Assembly: GCA_002633005.1 (NCBI GenBank)
Contig: NMRA01000373.1
Location: forward strand, 62,001-126,000
From: Phoronis australis
Lineage: Eukaryota; Animalia; Phoronida
Length of the DNA stretch: 64,000 nt
Direction of reading: 5' to 3'
Under the pieces are notes generated by a model. It ran no database searches, was not told the DNA's origin, and worked only from the letters and a program-made list of their open reading frames with translations. How positions within the stretch are numbered: position 1 is the first letter of the stretch; each line of letters begins with the position of its first letter. A program made the position numbers and the translations under genes. Of this stretch, positions 55,401 to 63,099 are shown in pieces.

Positions 55401-56739
55401 ATAGTTCGCTTTATGAAATACCAAAATTTTTGAACATCTTGTCTGTGTAAATTTTCTAATTAAAAAATATTTAGACATTGTCAATTATGGTCGTATTCTT
55501 TTGATGAAAATGACATCAAAATTAAATTTCTAAGCAGGAGTGAAATATATAATCCCATTTCAGAAGATCGCACGTTTTTTAATTCGAGGAATAAAATGCG
55601 AGTGAGAGCATACTTCACCTTATAAATTCCAATCATATCGTCATGTTTACATATGTGACCACTTCCAAACCTATATTTGAATTTTGTTTCCGGAACAGAT
55701 TCGTACAATTCTTCTTCAATCACATCTAGATCGAAAAAGTCTGATAGAAAAAGTTTTTTAATTTTATGTTGGTAAATTAGAAACATCGTTTGAAACAGTC
55801 CTACCTACATTGTGTTGATCAGTATCGGAGATTTTGTGTTATAATTGACTTGCATATCTCGAATTGTTGCAGGCCAATGTGTAATCTTATCATATTTTAA
55901 CAGGGCACAGGGGCATATCAAGGATTTTTAAAAAGGGGTGACCAAATCGACAATTAGAAAATTCTAGATTTGATATCACTAAAATCAAGGAAAAAAGGGT
56001 GTCCGGACCCCTTGCATCCGCCTATGGGACATTAACATGTTTTGTTTGTGATAGCGCACCTTTAAAGTATTTACTATTCTCGCTTTACTCTACCCATTGT
56101 GATTTGTGGATATACATAATCAAGTTTCGGTATTTGGTAAAACTTTTTGTATTCCTTTGAAGGGCCTCTTTCAACTTTGAATTTAAAAGCGTTTATTTTT
56201 GCATCAAAACAATTTTATCTTATAGAGCATGACATTCACTTTGATAAATTTCCGAATCAAAGTGTTTGTCTTCAATATCAAAATAATGCTCAAGTTAGTT
56301 ACTTTATAAATATTTTGGCACCGTTTAAATAACAAGTGTTGTATTTAGAAAGAAAAGGTACAATCTTGTCATTTTCAGTTGTTTCGAAGTATAAAATAAT
56401 GGCCTGAGTGATCTGAAAATATAAAGTGGTTAATGATGTCATCTTGTTTAATTGGAATATCTCTGGAAATTAGCAACATGTGTAATTCTACTTCGACAAG
56501 GCATTATGGTATCCATCCAACGTGTGCCCCATTATTTAATCATAATTACTTACTACGGATGATATCCAATTGCTTTCTTCTGTAGATTCGGGCGTCGCCA
56601 AATCCATTCCTATGGACTCGCAATAATTCTTCGAATTTACCCATGTCTTTTTGTCATTTACAAATGTATAACTATATCCGTTGTGATAGAGCGCTCCCGC
56701 AACAGGCAAAAACACTAGTAACGTTACATGCAGGTACAT
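1271..56739 (-). CDS. Polycystin-1/PKD1-like (REJ-family) receptor, 5' part, multi-exon; 3' end lies beyond the left edge of the window
   Basis: 21 exons joined manually with GT-AG sites and matching phases. The translation gives signal peptide, CTL, WSC, PKD repeats (WDFGDG, H.Y..PG.Y), F5/8C and REJ motifs (NEPP..C.ISP..GIAL.T.F...C; LPAG...V.V.D..G). Confidence 0.9.
1820..2160 (+). repeat. Interspersed repeat, copy 1
   Basis: Colinear with 41348-41675 (AATCCAGCAATT...CTGACGCTAACC...GTTTAATCGA.CGTGATTC.AGATTAGA...ATGGTAC). Confidence 0.8.
2200..3560 (+). repeat. Diverged ~145-bp tandem array (Helentron/HINE-like internal repeats)
   Basis: Recurring CCAnnAGRnGGC-like block and CAAATTTCA..AA block at about 115-165 bp spacing. 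Confidence 0.55.
3798..3998 (-). CDS. Exon: REJ module
   Basis: IIVNEPPITKDHKCTISPHKGIALNTTFAIECDGFHGEDRPFMFEF; donor GTGAGT; phase 1 to 1. Confidence 0.92.
4230..5355 (+). repeat. Near-identical tandem duplication of ~545 bp, probably an uncollapsed haplotype
   Basis: 4230-4777 vs 4811-5355 differ by a few substitutions and small indels; single N at 4779 between copies. Confidence 0.85.
5200..5880 (+). repeat. Same ~150-bp array ending in a GGAC/AGAC microsatellite (HINE/pearl-like element)
   Basis: Four monomers, then GGACAGACG...GGACGGACGGACAGA near 5795-5836. Confidence 0.6.
6817..6971 (-). CDS. Exon: REJ module
   Basis: RWPEDNW...TGITGSDLALDPFVF...FYLCVSV; donor GTAAAG; phase 2 to 1. 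Confidence 0.8.
7312..8239. repeat. Foldback/MITE-like element built from CCTATAGG palindromic subrepeats
   Basis: Dozens of (GATT/GAAT)CCTATAGG variants; imperfect terminal inverted repeats; perfect 39-bp inverted repeat at 8086-8124 and 8172-8210. Confidence 0.75.
9193..9291 (-). CDS. Exon: REJ module
   Basis: ttcttcag acceptor; LVANKRQKLNPRQKLSARS...YTY; donor GTAACT; phase 2 to 2. Confidence 0.8.
10270..10477 (-). CDS. Exon: REJ module
   Basis: YEIFVEARKDDRVTWFTQKLNITHGDPPEVSI; donor GTAAGA; phase 1 to 2. Confidence 0.9.
10768..13638 (-). CDS. Giant exon (2871 bp): tandem PKD repeats and start of REJ module
   Basis: Lies in ORF 10757..13693; repeated YYGDS/WNFLDG/DFDDG/WDFGDG and H.Y..PG.Y motifs, then SYDPD; acceptor cttttcag, donor GTCAGT; phase 1 to 1. 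Confidence 0.95.
14038..14164 (-). CDS. Exon: F5/8 type C domain, C-part
   Basis: AKFVIMVPLGFHESPSFRLEVYA matches discoidin AR.VR..P..W.....RLEVYG; donor GTATGT; phase 0 to 1. Confidence 0.85.
14601..14713 (-). repeat. 3' LTR (113 bp)
   Basis: Identical to 18639-18751; TGTAG...CTACA termini; polypurine tract GAGGGGGAGA (minus strand) immediately before it at 14714-14723. Confidence 0.97.
14833..15348 (-). CDS. Integrase C-terminal part, out of frame with the upstream Gag-Pol
   Basis: VETVKGLLRKCDDPYLALLSYRNTPIANGESPARLLM continues QANGEAERF after a net 2-nt offset. Confidence 0.9.
   Translation of the reverse strand: METVKGLLRKCDDPYLALLSYRNTPIANGESPARLLMNQTLRTTLPSVPDARPVELDRDSLRIKEHDYKIQMEKAFDSRHRAREIPTYHEGQSVMIRDMKRPAVVVQDKDRSVTLETDKGSITRNRRDVMMMPPPPPDDSVPAVLPTSPTHSLRSPSHRVRKPPIRYGFED
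15336..18614 (-). CDS. Gag-Pol polyprotein (gag with two Cys/His knuckles, protease, RT, RNase H, integrase N-part and core)
   Basis: CSRCGKTAHGTGERC and CRKCKRRGHWAVAC; LDTGA; LDANSGFWQ, HMDDIL; ADAS, TDHKPL; HVGHLG..C..C, D..DNG..E. Likely ATG at 18614 (MELIKPP). Confidence 0.95.
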   Translation of the reverse strand: MELIKPPSVDLDLNSGNVSENWRRFRQKFEVYLVASGATDFSDERKVALFLHCVGDDELALYNTISFENEEASKNLDIVLTKFEEFCSPRKNVTYERYKFHSRKQMEGETIKNFVTHLRTLAQTCEFGELEKSLIKDQLVLGVRDDGLRAKLLRQGGQADGLSLEAALDSCHAAEASGMQFREITATVGDSTSVGAVNEISKCSRCGKTAHGTGERCPARSSECRKCKRRGHWAVACKTHLQQEGVKEVSTGLGNGKHEEMPREFLGEITPGENDIVKPLRVFTQGGFDKTFEFKLDTGAGVTVLPCAGGPWPKLNQSQKRLFATGNIELDVPGCFDATVQYKDKTLRETVYVVTGQATGLLSRRLSIGLGLIKVVDSVDDGPRNIADGSLGRLKGRQYSIKLDDKHEPHAIFTARPVPIPLRPVVEAELRRMESIGVIRPIEEPTDWVSPMVVVPKEDGKVRICSDMTKLNAAVKREVFPMANVEDSLAQLSKGRVFSKLDANSGFWQIELAPESQKLTTFLSPFGRYCYCRLPFGLASAPEVFSREMSSVLEGLSGVVVHMDDILVYGASMEEHDIRLSAVLKRIEHSGLTLNPEKCVYRQTEVKFLGNIIDSEGIRPDPKAIDSIVKIPEPKNVKELQSFLGAINQYGKFSPKFAELAAPLRALLRKDSVWRWDCAQTEAFASVKQELSKPHVLAQFDVSLKTIVTADASLHGLGATLSQVQPDGTRRLVAAASRSLSQTESNYTCIERECLALTWACDRYRNYIVGLKVILETDHKPLIPILSTKDVNNLTPRLQRLRLRLMRFDFEVLHLPGKDNLIADMLSRNPSSEDRDEVLELSTELFAKVAVQNLPATSRRLEEIKHAQALDEVCQKVASFCKTSWPKYLSSQESILKPYWDVQHELTLVDGLLMKGHCIVIPSCERLDVLQRIHVGHLGITKCRERAKACVWWPGMSLAIEDMVKACRRCREHQSVKREPLQTTEWPDGPWQTLGTDLFEYKGSQYLLVVDYYSRYPEIAKLEAATSSCVINHMKSIFARHGIPFVVRSDNGPCYASAEFANFAKDYDFVLLTSSPKYPQANGEAERFMWRL
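18639..18751 (-). repeat. 5' LTR (113 bp)
   Basis: Identical to 14601-14713; followed on the minus strand by PBS TGGTTGCAGC (18629-18638), one mismatch from a tRNA-Leu-type TGGTGGCAGC. Confidence 0.97.
19399..19527 (-). CDS. Exon: F5/8 type C domain, middle
   Basis: AQFPTSSFIYKIIVQGDGVSSWLTRFRLWWSIDNLTW matches the discoidin I.TQG....WV..F.L.YS.D...W pattern; phase 0 to 0. Confidence 0.85.
20540..20772 (-). mobile_element. tRNA-derived SINE with conserved core
   Basis: Minus strand: CAGTGGTTA...GGTCGTGGGTTCAATCC followed by GTGTCCTTGTGCAAGGCATT...TTGCTCCAGTCCA, a widespread metazoan SINE core pattern; left boundary approximate. Confidence 0.65.
20818..20957 (-). CDS. Exon: F5/8 type C (discoidin) domain, N-part
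   Basis: ttgattcag acceptor; DTRDIMPKSKLSIVTSS...NTSLK; donor GTAATC; phase 1 to 0. Confidence 0.7.
21363..21576 (-). CDS. Possible exon between PKD and F5/8C regions; boundaries uncertain
   Basis: Open phase-1 frame after ttccag (GHVRF...LVTNLRRTYVYSAHMPVIKVSGKNCHF); only weak donors found. Confidence 0.35.
25508..25612 (-). CDS. Exon: PKD domain C-part
   Basis: tgttacag acceptor; LSMREG...VAHSLRTYGNQTV; donor GTGAGA; phase 1 to 1. Confidence 0.65.
26661..26717 (-). CDS. Small exon: PKD core
   Basis: cttatag acceptor; GTNTKAFIDLGDGQNRSMA; donor GTAAGT; phase 1 to 1. Confidence 0.8.
27277..27385 (-). CDS. Exon: PKD domain start
   Basis: tctttcag acceptor; RNITIEDRVEGL...VCISS; donor G|GTATAT gives phase 1, matching the next exon. 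Confidence 0.75.
28490..28686 (-). CDS. Exon: PKD domain
   Basis: YVIYWGDGSNSTY...THMYTLPGIMTLEVIAANNVS; donor GTAAGT; phase 1 to 0. Confidence 0.9.
29649..30300 (-). CDS. Exon: unannotated module with Cys-rich insert, then PKD-like end
   Basis: tttttctag acceptor; IYRPLCQDGFTFCYKAMAC...YQLVEQQQ...VKKGDIP...TIHVQEIVSGL; 652 bp, phase 0 to 1; overlaps ORF 29506..30252. Confidence 0.85.
31996..32171 (-). CDS. Exon: unannotated extracellular module, N-part
   Basis: tgtatcag acceptor; DTSIYHVG...VVMPNRMFSHNGTIAAITSITFDAVTATVQ; donor GTAAGT; phase 1 to 0. Confidence 0.8.
32452..32700 (+). repeat. 65-bp minisatellite, about 3.8 copies
   Basis: GAACCAAGTCATCTTACTGAACAAG... recurs at 32452, 32517, 32582, 32647. 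Confidence 0.9.
37867..37947 (+). mobile_element. tRNA-derived SINE-like head (pseudo-tRNA)
   Basis: A box TGTAGTGGTTAAGG, anticodon-like arm CTGGACTCGAATT, B box GGTTCAAATCC, acceptor-like pairing TCCG/CGGA; stems are imperfect. Confidence 0.65.
37995..38042 (+). ncRNA. Putative minimal type I hammerhead ribozyme (Penelope-type)
   Basis: CAC-CTGACGA-T-GGCCGG(AGAACAGA)CCGACC-GAAA-CG-TC-GTG: intact core, stem II with one mismatch, minimal stem III, CAC/GTG stem I. Confidence 0.65.
38159..38398 (-). CDS. Exon: PKD-like segment
   Basis: GRHSLFTSV...DLECPHYVGLHVAFHCKVCIDGGTAVELKFDWGED; donor GTAAGC; phase 1 to 1. Confidence 0.8.
38749..38907 (-). CDS. Exon: Ig/PKD-like segment
   Basis: gttttag acceptor; EIVELGQPLKVSILV...IPTII; donor GTAAGC; phase 1 to 1. 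Confidence 0.75.
41047..41201 (-). CDS. Exon: WSC domain C-half and linker
   Basis: tttgcag acceptor; GFDGIWETNCLCFPPG...SVVLP completes the WSC C-x-C pattern; phase 2 to 1. Confidence 0.7.
41348..41675 (+). repeat. Interspersed repeat, copy 2
   Basis: Colinear with 1820-2160. Confidence 0.8.
42062..42284. mobile_element. MITE with CATG termini and 5-bp TSD
   Basis: CATGCACCC...GGGTGCACGCATG flanked by CGTAG on both sides; related inverted copy at 35315-35529. Confidence 0.65.
43589..45910. mobile_element. Kolobok-like DNA transposon derivative with decayed THAP domain
   Basis: TTAA at both ends, AG...CT termini, similar inverted subterminal blocks; minus-strand MPLCVVRGCSN...HLHNFPTD (ATG 45622) and a frameshifted NAAPLF resembling the THAP AVPTIF motif. 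Confidence 0.6.
47689..47812 (-). CDS. Exon: WSC domain N-half
   Basis: ttttacag acceptor; GSCLEDPL...VTPGTCLSKCSTMGYGK; donor GTGCGT; phase 1 to 2. Confidence 0.75.
48423..48551 (-). CDS. Exon: C-type lectin C-terminal half
   Basis: LCSDQPNGGNFENCVAFSKHRGCWLDSDCEVTSSFVCK (QPN, ENC, WxD.C, FVC); donor GTGAGT; phase 1 to 1. Confidence 0.85.
48740..50100 (+). pseudogene. Highly decayed non-LTR retrotransposon RT, possibly with RNase H
   Basis: Fragments in order: KEIWTHFENKNNVLLVALDNEEASD, LPLSHVFFN, FAEDIL, YLLGI*CDRR, IDYAM, DSLS; many stops and frameshifts. Confidence 0.55.
50591..50681 (-). CDS. Exon: C-type lectin middle
   Basis: ttttctcag acceptor; NTAAQLWLGIHDRNIESVFQGTDG (WxG motif); donor GTAAGT; phase 0 to 1. 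Confidence 0.85.
52140..53035. mobile_element. Non-autonomous palindrome-rich element (Crypton-like) containing a tRNA-like SINE head at ~52870-52935
   Basis: ~93-bp imperfect hairpin at 52167-52259; inverted TTATACCACA/TGTGGTATAA; TGGTGTAGTGG...GGTTCGACTCC boxes. Class assignment is tentative. Confidence 0.45.
53490..55150 (+). pseudogene. Decayed LINE ORF2 (RT and C-terminal CCHC finger; RTEX/L2-group-like)
   Basis: AIEQLSNGKA..DG, RGIALLSALGKLFT, QAGFRK, GTRQGCMISPLLF, LPVESGRH...CKL..VEDEYHVVLVC; frameshifted. Confidence 0.85.
56554..56739 (-). CDS. Exon 1: signal peptide and N-terminal half of C-type lectin domain
   Basis: MYLHVTLLVFLPVAGA-LYHNGYSYTFVNDKKTWVNSKNYCESIGMDLATPESTEESNWISSV, donor GTAAGT, phase 0. 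Confidence 0.85.
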
Positions 56740-56797
56740 ATTGACGCTCGAAGCATTCGCCTTGGCGAAGCAGTGATCGCTAAGTTTCTAACGTGGC

Positions 56798-56803
56798 CTT
56801 ATA
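56798..56803 (-). promoter_or_regulatory. Possible TATA-like box
   Basis: TATAAG about 60 bp upstream of the predicted ATG at 56739. Confidence 0.25.
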
Positions 56804-58859
56804 TCCTAGACAATACCAGCCACTGAGCATGAACAGTGCTAACGCTCATTGTCATTAGCATACGACTGAACACAATACATTCGTAAATGGCAATCGATTC
56901 GGGCACAGTAGATAGATGGCTGCGGGATCACATCTCAGTCTTACCCTCACGTTAACGTCATCGCTAATACCCGGAAAATGTTGTAAAATATTGCATATCA
57001 AAACTGATTGAGCGAACCAGGCAAGGTTATTCAAGCGAATTAGACATAATTACAATTATATGAGAACTTTTTCATATCTGGAGTGGCAATTAAAAATTAC
57101 AAGTAATTTACGTTCATTCGTGACATTAATAGACGAATGCTTTAAAGCATGGGGTTTGTTCATATGTACATGTTTTAAACTTTCTCACGGGTCGTTTTTA
57201 AGCAAATTTAGCCAAATAGTTTCCGCAAAATTATGAGAAAGTGGACACTTTTTGCGTTCATTCTATAAACTGTCAAGATTAGAAATCGGCGGGAGATGTC
57301 GATAATAGAAATTTTGTAGCCGGCTGCTTGCTCGACTTCGTTTTGATCGAGAGTTGTAGATCAAATCAAACATAATTTCATTGTTTCATTTTCATTTTAA
57401 TTGTTCATTAACGGTCATACCCTTGAGGTAAGGTTCCATACAGTTAGCAAAATCAGTCAACAAACCTAGCAATTCAGTGGCAGATCTAAATTCTCAGTAA
57501 GGGGATGGGGGTATTAGTGGCGCAAATCCGGGGCACGTTGTGCCGAGTGGGGGAGTACCCCTTTCTTGTAATGGCACGAGAGACATATTAGCTTCCACCT
57601 GTCTGCTGTCTTTCGAAAACCTGGTGGTCAACTGCTGGGTATTCCCACTGTCCTTTTGTTGTACTTGTACTTGTCCTTTTGCAGTACTGACTGAAAGAAA
57701 CAAGTATTGACAGCGACTTTAACTACGGACTTCGTGACAAAGTAGACTTTGGTTATAAAGCTGATAAGGACTAAGTGCCTGAAATACAAGCTAGCATCAG
57801 TTTCTGTACGCTTGTACACCCTGTGATTACTGGGTAAATTTGTCATGTTCAACAAGAATTAATTTTTTCGTTTTCGTTGTAAACAAGCATCGAAGAAAAA
57901 AGTAAGTCAGAGAAATTAAATGCACGAAATGTGTAGAATTATAATTTAATACCTAAGCGTTTCTTCAGGAAACTTAGTCTTCTGCTGCTTCTGGTGTACA
58001 AGACTGCCGAGGAATCTGCACTCGGATCCAATGTTCTCAGCTACGGTTTGCGCGTCATAAGCTGTCTAAAATTCTCATGTAGTAAAACAAAATATCGCAA
58101 CAACTAGGAAAATTTATTTACAATAGTTGACAGAAACTGCGGGAGCGGTGTTTCGGTCCTCAGGTTTCCTGCCCGATCCCCGGAGTTCCTGTTTTTGTGT
58201 TCAAGGTTCGTGTTTTTCGAGGTGGTTAGCTGTTTTGAAAGTGCGGGGGTCTGTTATCGACTCCGGGATATCTGTTATCACCGTGGTTCCTGTCTCGATG
58301 GAACACACTGAATCATACCGCTTTCAACGGCGCATTTATCGAGCTGTGAGCGCTTTTCAGTATTGTCTTTACTTCAATTTACCAATCACTATCACAACAT
58401 CGAACATGAACAAAAAAGATGAGACAAATTGGAATTGCACAAACATGCGGCATGTATAATGCATTATTTCTAGGAAAGCTTCTTGATACCGTTTTGAAGA
58501 ACAAGCCTGCGATAATGCACCTTAGGCGCACCAAAATGTCAACATTTAAACGCAGAAATTAATAATGAGGGATTACACTGATATGTAAGAGGCAAACACA
58601 AACATGCGTCGTACATAATACATTTTTTCTGTGAAAGTTTTTCGTTACCATGTTCCCCCACGCATTTATAATTTCTGCCTTTAAAGGATGACATTTTGGA
58701 GCACGGTACAGTTTTGGTACATTATCTAGATTATCAAAATAGACCTGCACATCAGTAATAAGATTTAAAGGAAAAATACAGACACCCTCTGAATATCACA
58801 CTGCTAGGGGGTTGTCATTAATCCTCCACATTGTCTCTACAATCGCGCCAACTGTGTTT

Positions 58860-59870
58860 GAACGACTATATGCACACCCTAAAGAAAGACTTATATGTGT
58901 GTTTCATAGATTACACAAAGACGTTTGATAGAGTCAGACATTCAGAAATCATTAACATCTCCCTTAAAAGGGATATAAACATCGACAGTAAAGACCTCAG
59001 AATAATAAAGAATATGTATTGGGAACAAACAGCGGCTGTGAGAATGGGTGACAAAATCAGTGATTACCATCAGAGGAGTGAGACAAGGGTGTGTTCTCTC
59101 ACCTCGCCTGTTCCCTATCTACAGTGAGAAAGTAATGAGAAACATAATAGAGATGACAGTAATCAGTAAAAATGGGTATAACAAGTAAGCGAACAAATGG
59201 GACTGAGTCTTAATGCCAAGAAAACAGAAACAATGGTAATACCAAGGACAGCAATGTCACAGTCAATGGGAAAGCATTAACACAAGTGGATAACTTCAAA
59301 TACCTCGGAACCATGCTTAAGTGAAATCAAGTCCAGAATAGGAAAAGCAAAATCAGCCTTCCAAAATATAAAACACCTTTCCGTAAACAACAAAATATCC
59401 ATCAACCTAAGGAAAAGAATATACCAATGATATATAGAACTAATACTACTTTATGCCTGTGAAACATGGACAGTGAACTCTCAGGCCATAAAACACCTGG
59501 AAGCAGCAGAGATGTGGTTCTTAAGAAGAATGCTAAGAATACCATGGACGGTTAAAAAGACAAACGAAGACGTACTGAGAGAGGTAGACACAAACCGAAT
59601 ACTGCTGAAGAACATCAGAAGAAGAGAAGCAAAGGTCTTCGGTCATATCATGAAGAAAGGTGGACTAGAACACCTGGTAACAACTGGTAAACTAGATGGG
59701 AAAAGAAGTCGAGGACGCCAAAGAACATAACTACTGGTTGGACTGTCGACGTGGCTGCAAACACCGGGAAATATTGTCACCATTGGAGCAACGAGAGAGA
59801 GAGAGGGAGAGAGAGATGGAGAACCATAGTGGCCAACGCCTACCGGCAGGGCACTTGAGGAGAAGGATGC
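58860..59870 (+). pseudogene. 5'-truncated decayed RTE-clade LINE
   Basis: CFIDYTKTFDRVRH, MYWEQTAAVR, YACETWT, AEMWFLRRMLRIPW, GKLDGKRSRGRQR. Confidence 0.88.
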
Positions 59871-60222
59871 GCACCCCGATTAGCAGCTAATCAGCGCTGT
59901 TTACACGGAATGACAGGCTACTCTGACACGCTACCTTGCGATTCGATCTAGAGCGATTCTGTATATTAGCTTAAATAGAGCGCTTCATGTTCAATCGCAC
60001 AATAGCACCTAATCAGCGATTTACCTCTTTAGAACACCAGGGGGCGCTGCTTACAGGGAATGACGGCTACTCTGACGGGCTACCTCGCAAATTGTGGCAA
60101 TTCTGCATAATATTAGCATCGTTTGAAGGCTTTCAATAACATATCAGCAGCTAACCAGCAATTCTACAACTGCACTACAACACCAGGTCCGCTGCTTACA
60201 CGAATGACTTTCTACTCTGACT

Positions 60223-60911
60223 GTAGTGGCGGATCTAGGATATCACAAAGGGGGGGGGGCCCAACATTTTGTCCGGCTGTAAGCATTTGCGCCAACCACG
60301 TTTGTTGATGCGTATAGCACCNNNNNNNNNNNNNNNNNNNNNNNNNNNNNNNNNNNNNNNNNNNNNNNNNNNNNNNNNNNNNNNNNNNNNNNNNNNNNNN
60401 NNNNNNNNNNNNNNNNNNNNNNNNNNNNNNNNNNNNNNNNNNNNNNNNNNNNNNNNNNNNNNNNNNNNNNNNNNNNNNNNNNNNNNNNNNNNNNNNNNNN
60501 NNNNNNNNNNNNNNNNNNNNNNNNNNNNNNNNNNNNNNNNNNNNNNNNNNNNNNNNNNNNNNNNNNNNNNNNNNNNNNNNNNNNNNNNNNNNNNNNNNNN
60601 NNNNNNNNNNNNNNNNNNNNNNNNNNNNNNNNNNNNNNNNNNNNNNNNNNNNNNNNNNNNNNNNNNNNNNNNNNNNNNNNNNNNNNNNNNNNNNNNNNNN
60701 NNNNNNNNNNNNNNNNNNNNNNNNNNNNNNNNNNNNNNNNNNNNNNNNNNNNNNNNNNNNNNNNNNNNNNNNNNNNNNNNNNNNNNNNNNNNNCCCCCCC
60801 CTAAATCCGCCTATGTAATTAATAAACTCAACGTTTCCCTACGCTCTTGCTGTTTTATTTTTTTTGCGGCAGCCAAGGAGGGGGGGCCTGGCCCCCCTAA
60901 ATCCGCCCATG
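60223..60911. mobile_element. GGCGGATC...ATCCGCC MITE(s) spanning the assembly gap
   Basis: TAGTGGCGGATCTAGG...CTAAATCCGCCCATG; related short copies at 42780-42903 and 55908-56026. Confidence 0.65.
60322..60793. other. Assembly gap
   Basis: Run of N. Confidence 1.
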
Positions 60912-63099
60912 GACGGGCTACCTTGCGATTCTATCGATTCTGCATAATTATTAGCATCAATTGAAGGCTTTCAAACACATATAAGCAGCTAATCAGCGAC
61001 AGGGTGTTATTCCGTAGGCGATTTAGCCAATCCTTGGGCTTATGAAGCCATGAATATGGAGTAACATATGGAGGGGTCCATCGGACGGGGAGGGCCCGGG
61101 CAACATCGGGACTGGGGCGCACAGCGGTTCAGAAATATGGAGATGGTGGAACACAGGAACAAGAGAGCAGCGGGCTGACCTCATACAATGTTTTGGAGAT
61201 TATACATCGGAGATTATATGTGCAGTATTTCAGTAAAGTGCATTCTTTCGTTGGTACTGAAAGTCTTTTTGTAAGTCCTGGTAAAAAAATCTAGACAATC
61301 AGCAACCAATGCTACAGAGTCACGTTTTTTGTTATTTGCCGTGTTCGTGAAAGAAAACTGTAACGTACATTTATTGAAATTTAAGCTGTGGACTTACTAA
61401 ATTTCGTTTCTCACAGGGCTATTATAGAAATGTCACACAATGTCTGAAAGAGCTGGAAAAGTTTATAGTGTCCTACTTCAAATTTCAACTGTTAACTATT
61501 TCCTAAGTACCTTGAAAAGTTTGTTTATTCCGAACAAAATAGCAAAACATGCAAAAATTTCCATTACATTTGGTTATAGACTGTATTTGTTTCAAACTTG
61601 AACAGTGGCGTTTTAGCTATTTTAGTATGTATAAATCATATTGTTTTTCAGCCACTCATCTACACCGCAATCATGTTGGCCAGTTGTAACAACTTATGAA
61701 GTGAGACCAGTTTCGATAATTTGTTGTGACGCATCCTCGTGAAAGAAGAACAGTGGATTGAAGATTCCGCGAAAAAAGGAACTGGCCAATGGGTGACGCA
61801 ATATTTCATGTCGCCGTAAGCCGTCGCTAAAGATCACCCCACAACTTTAGCAGCAGAATTACGGTAGAACGCCATTTTTTCCAACACCGTTAAACAATTT
61901 AGTTTACTCAAGGAAGACTATAGTTTTTAATGACACTAATTTTGTGTCAGATTTTATCTTACCACTTTTTTACCCACATCGGCACAAAGCTGTATAATAG
62001 TATACAGCTTTGTAGCAAGGCTAGCTTGCTGGCTACAGTTAAGAGCTGCAGTGCGCACTTGACGTTTCCTGTTACTGTTATGGCCCGGTGATGTTTCACG
62101 GACTCAGACTTGCTATTTACTGCGTATATTTCATTCTTCACTACCACGAGCCACTTCCTAAGCATTTCGGACTCTCGAGGAAGTAAAAAAAACGATATAC
62201 CCGCTTTCTTCGCAGCTGCTTAGTTCGGATAAGTGGGAACGATGCACCGCAACATAGCGGCATTCTCTCTGCATATGAACCACTGACGTCGCTAGCGTCG
62301 TTTCTCACCTTCCTCACAGGTTAACGCGACACCTCTTGGCAAGGTAAGATCGACCGTGTGCGAGGCGATGTGGATATAGACCGATAAAGACAGCAAAATC
62401 GGGTGGCATTCTCCTTTAAGTCAGGACTAGTTCCCGTCACTGCAGACGGAGAGCCAGCTGAGTTTTCCCCTAGTGGACTTGCTTACCACCGTTTGCTCCC
62501 AGAATTGACTGCTTGTGGAAAACATCGAGCTCAATTTAGAATCAGATGGAGACCAAAAACAAATAAAACATGTACCCACCCTCAATTGTAGAGTTTGACT
62601 TTGGTGTGTCAGAGGAAATGTCCCAAAGAATTGTTCGAGCAACAGAATGTACTGATTCAGCTTGGTTCAGATGAGTTGTTATGCAGGTCACAAGTGTTCC
62701 AAAAATTTTAGAAATGAAGTTGGTACATACTTTTTGGCTTTGATAGGACAACAATTTGAAGGGTCACAACAATACTGTTTGAACATGACGTAGCCACAAC
62801 GCGCGTTCATTATAAAGCCTCCTCCAATCGTTTTGACAATCCTGTCATCTATGAAACAGCACGCGTGCGAAGTTCGCCGGGTACGACCCGAAGATTACAT
62901 GAAGCGCGTTGAACGAGAAACAAATTCGAAATGATTACTAACTTCGTTATAATTGTAGTTAGCAATTGTACCAGTAGCTGCAACGATATTTTGCTGTTGT
63001 CCACCTGTCTTTAACGTATAAGCGGGGGCTGGACCTTTTCTGCGTTGGATCGAACCCCAACGGGCCTGCATTTCTTCAAATTTAGGTTAATAAAGTTAA

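Larger units (their letters stand above)
59881..60999 (+). repeat. Diverged ~120-145-bp tandem repeat interrupted by the MITE
   Basis: AGCAGCTAATCAGC...GAATGAC.GCTACTCTGAC..GCTACCT recurs about three times. Confidence 0.7.

Noticed and set aside
55481-55786. 101-aa AT-rich ORF in intron 1
   Set aside because: No recognisable motif or splice support; cannot be assigned without a search.
60035-60048. Near-perfect CTCF motif CACCAGGGGGCGCT
   Set aside because: Single occurrence inside a repeat monomer; not informative without binding data.
60269-60964. 231-aa ORF
   Set aside because: Artefact of reading through the N gap.
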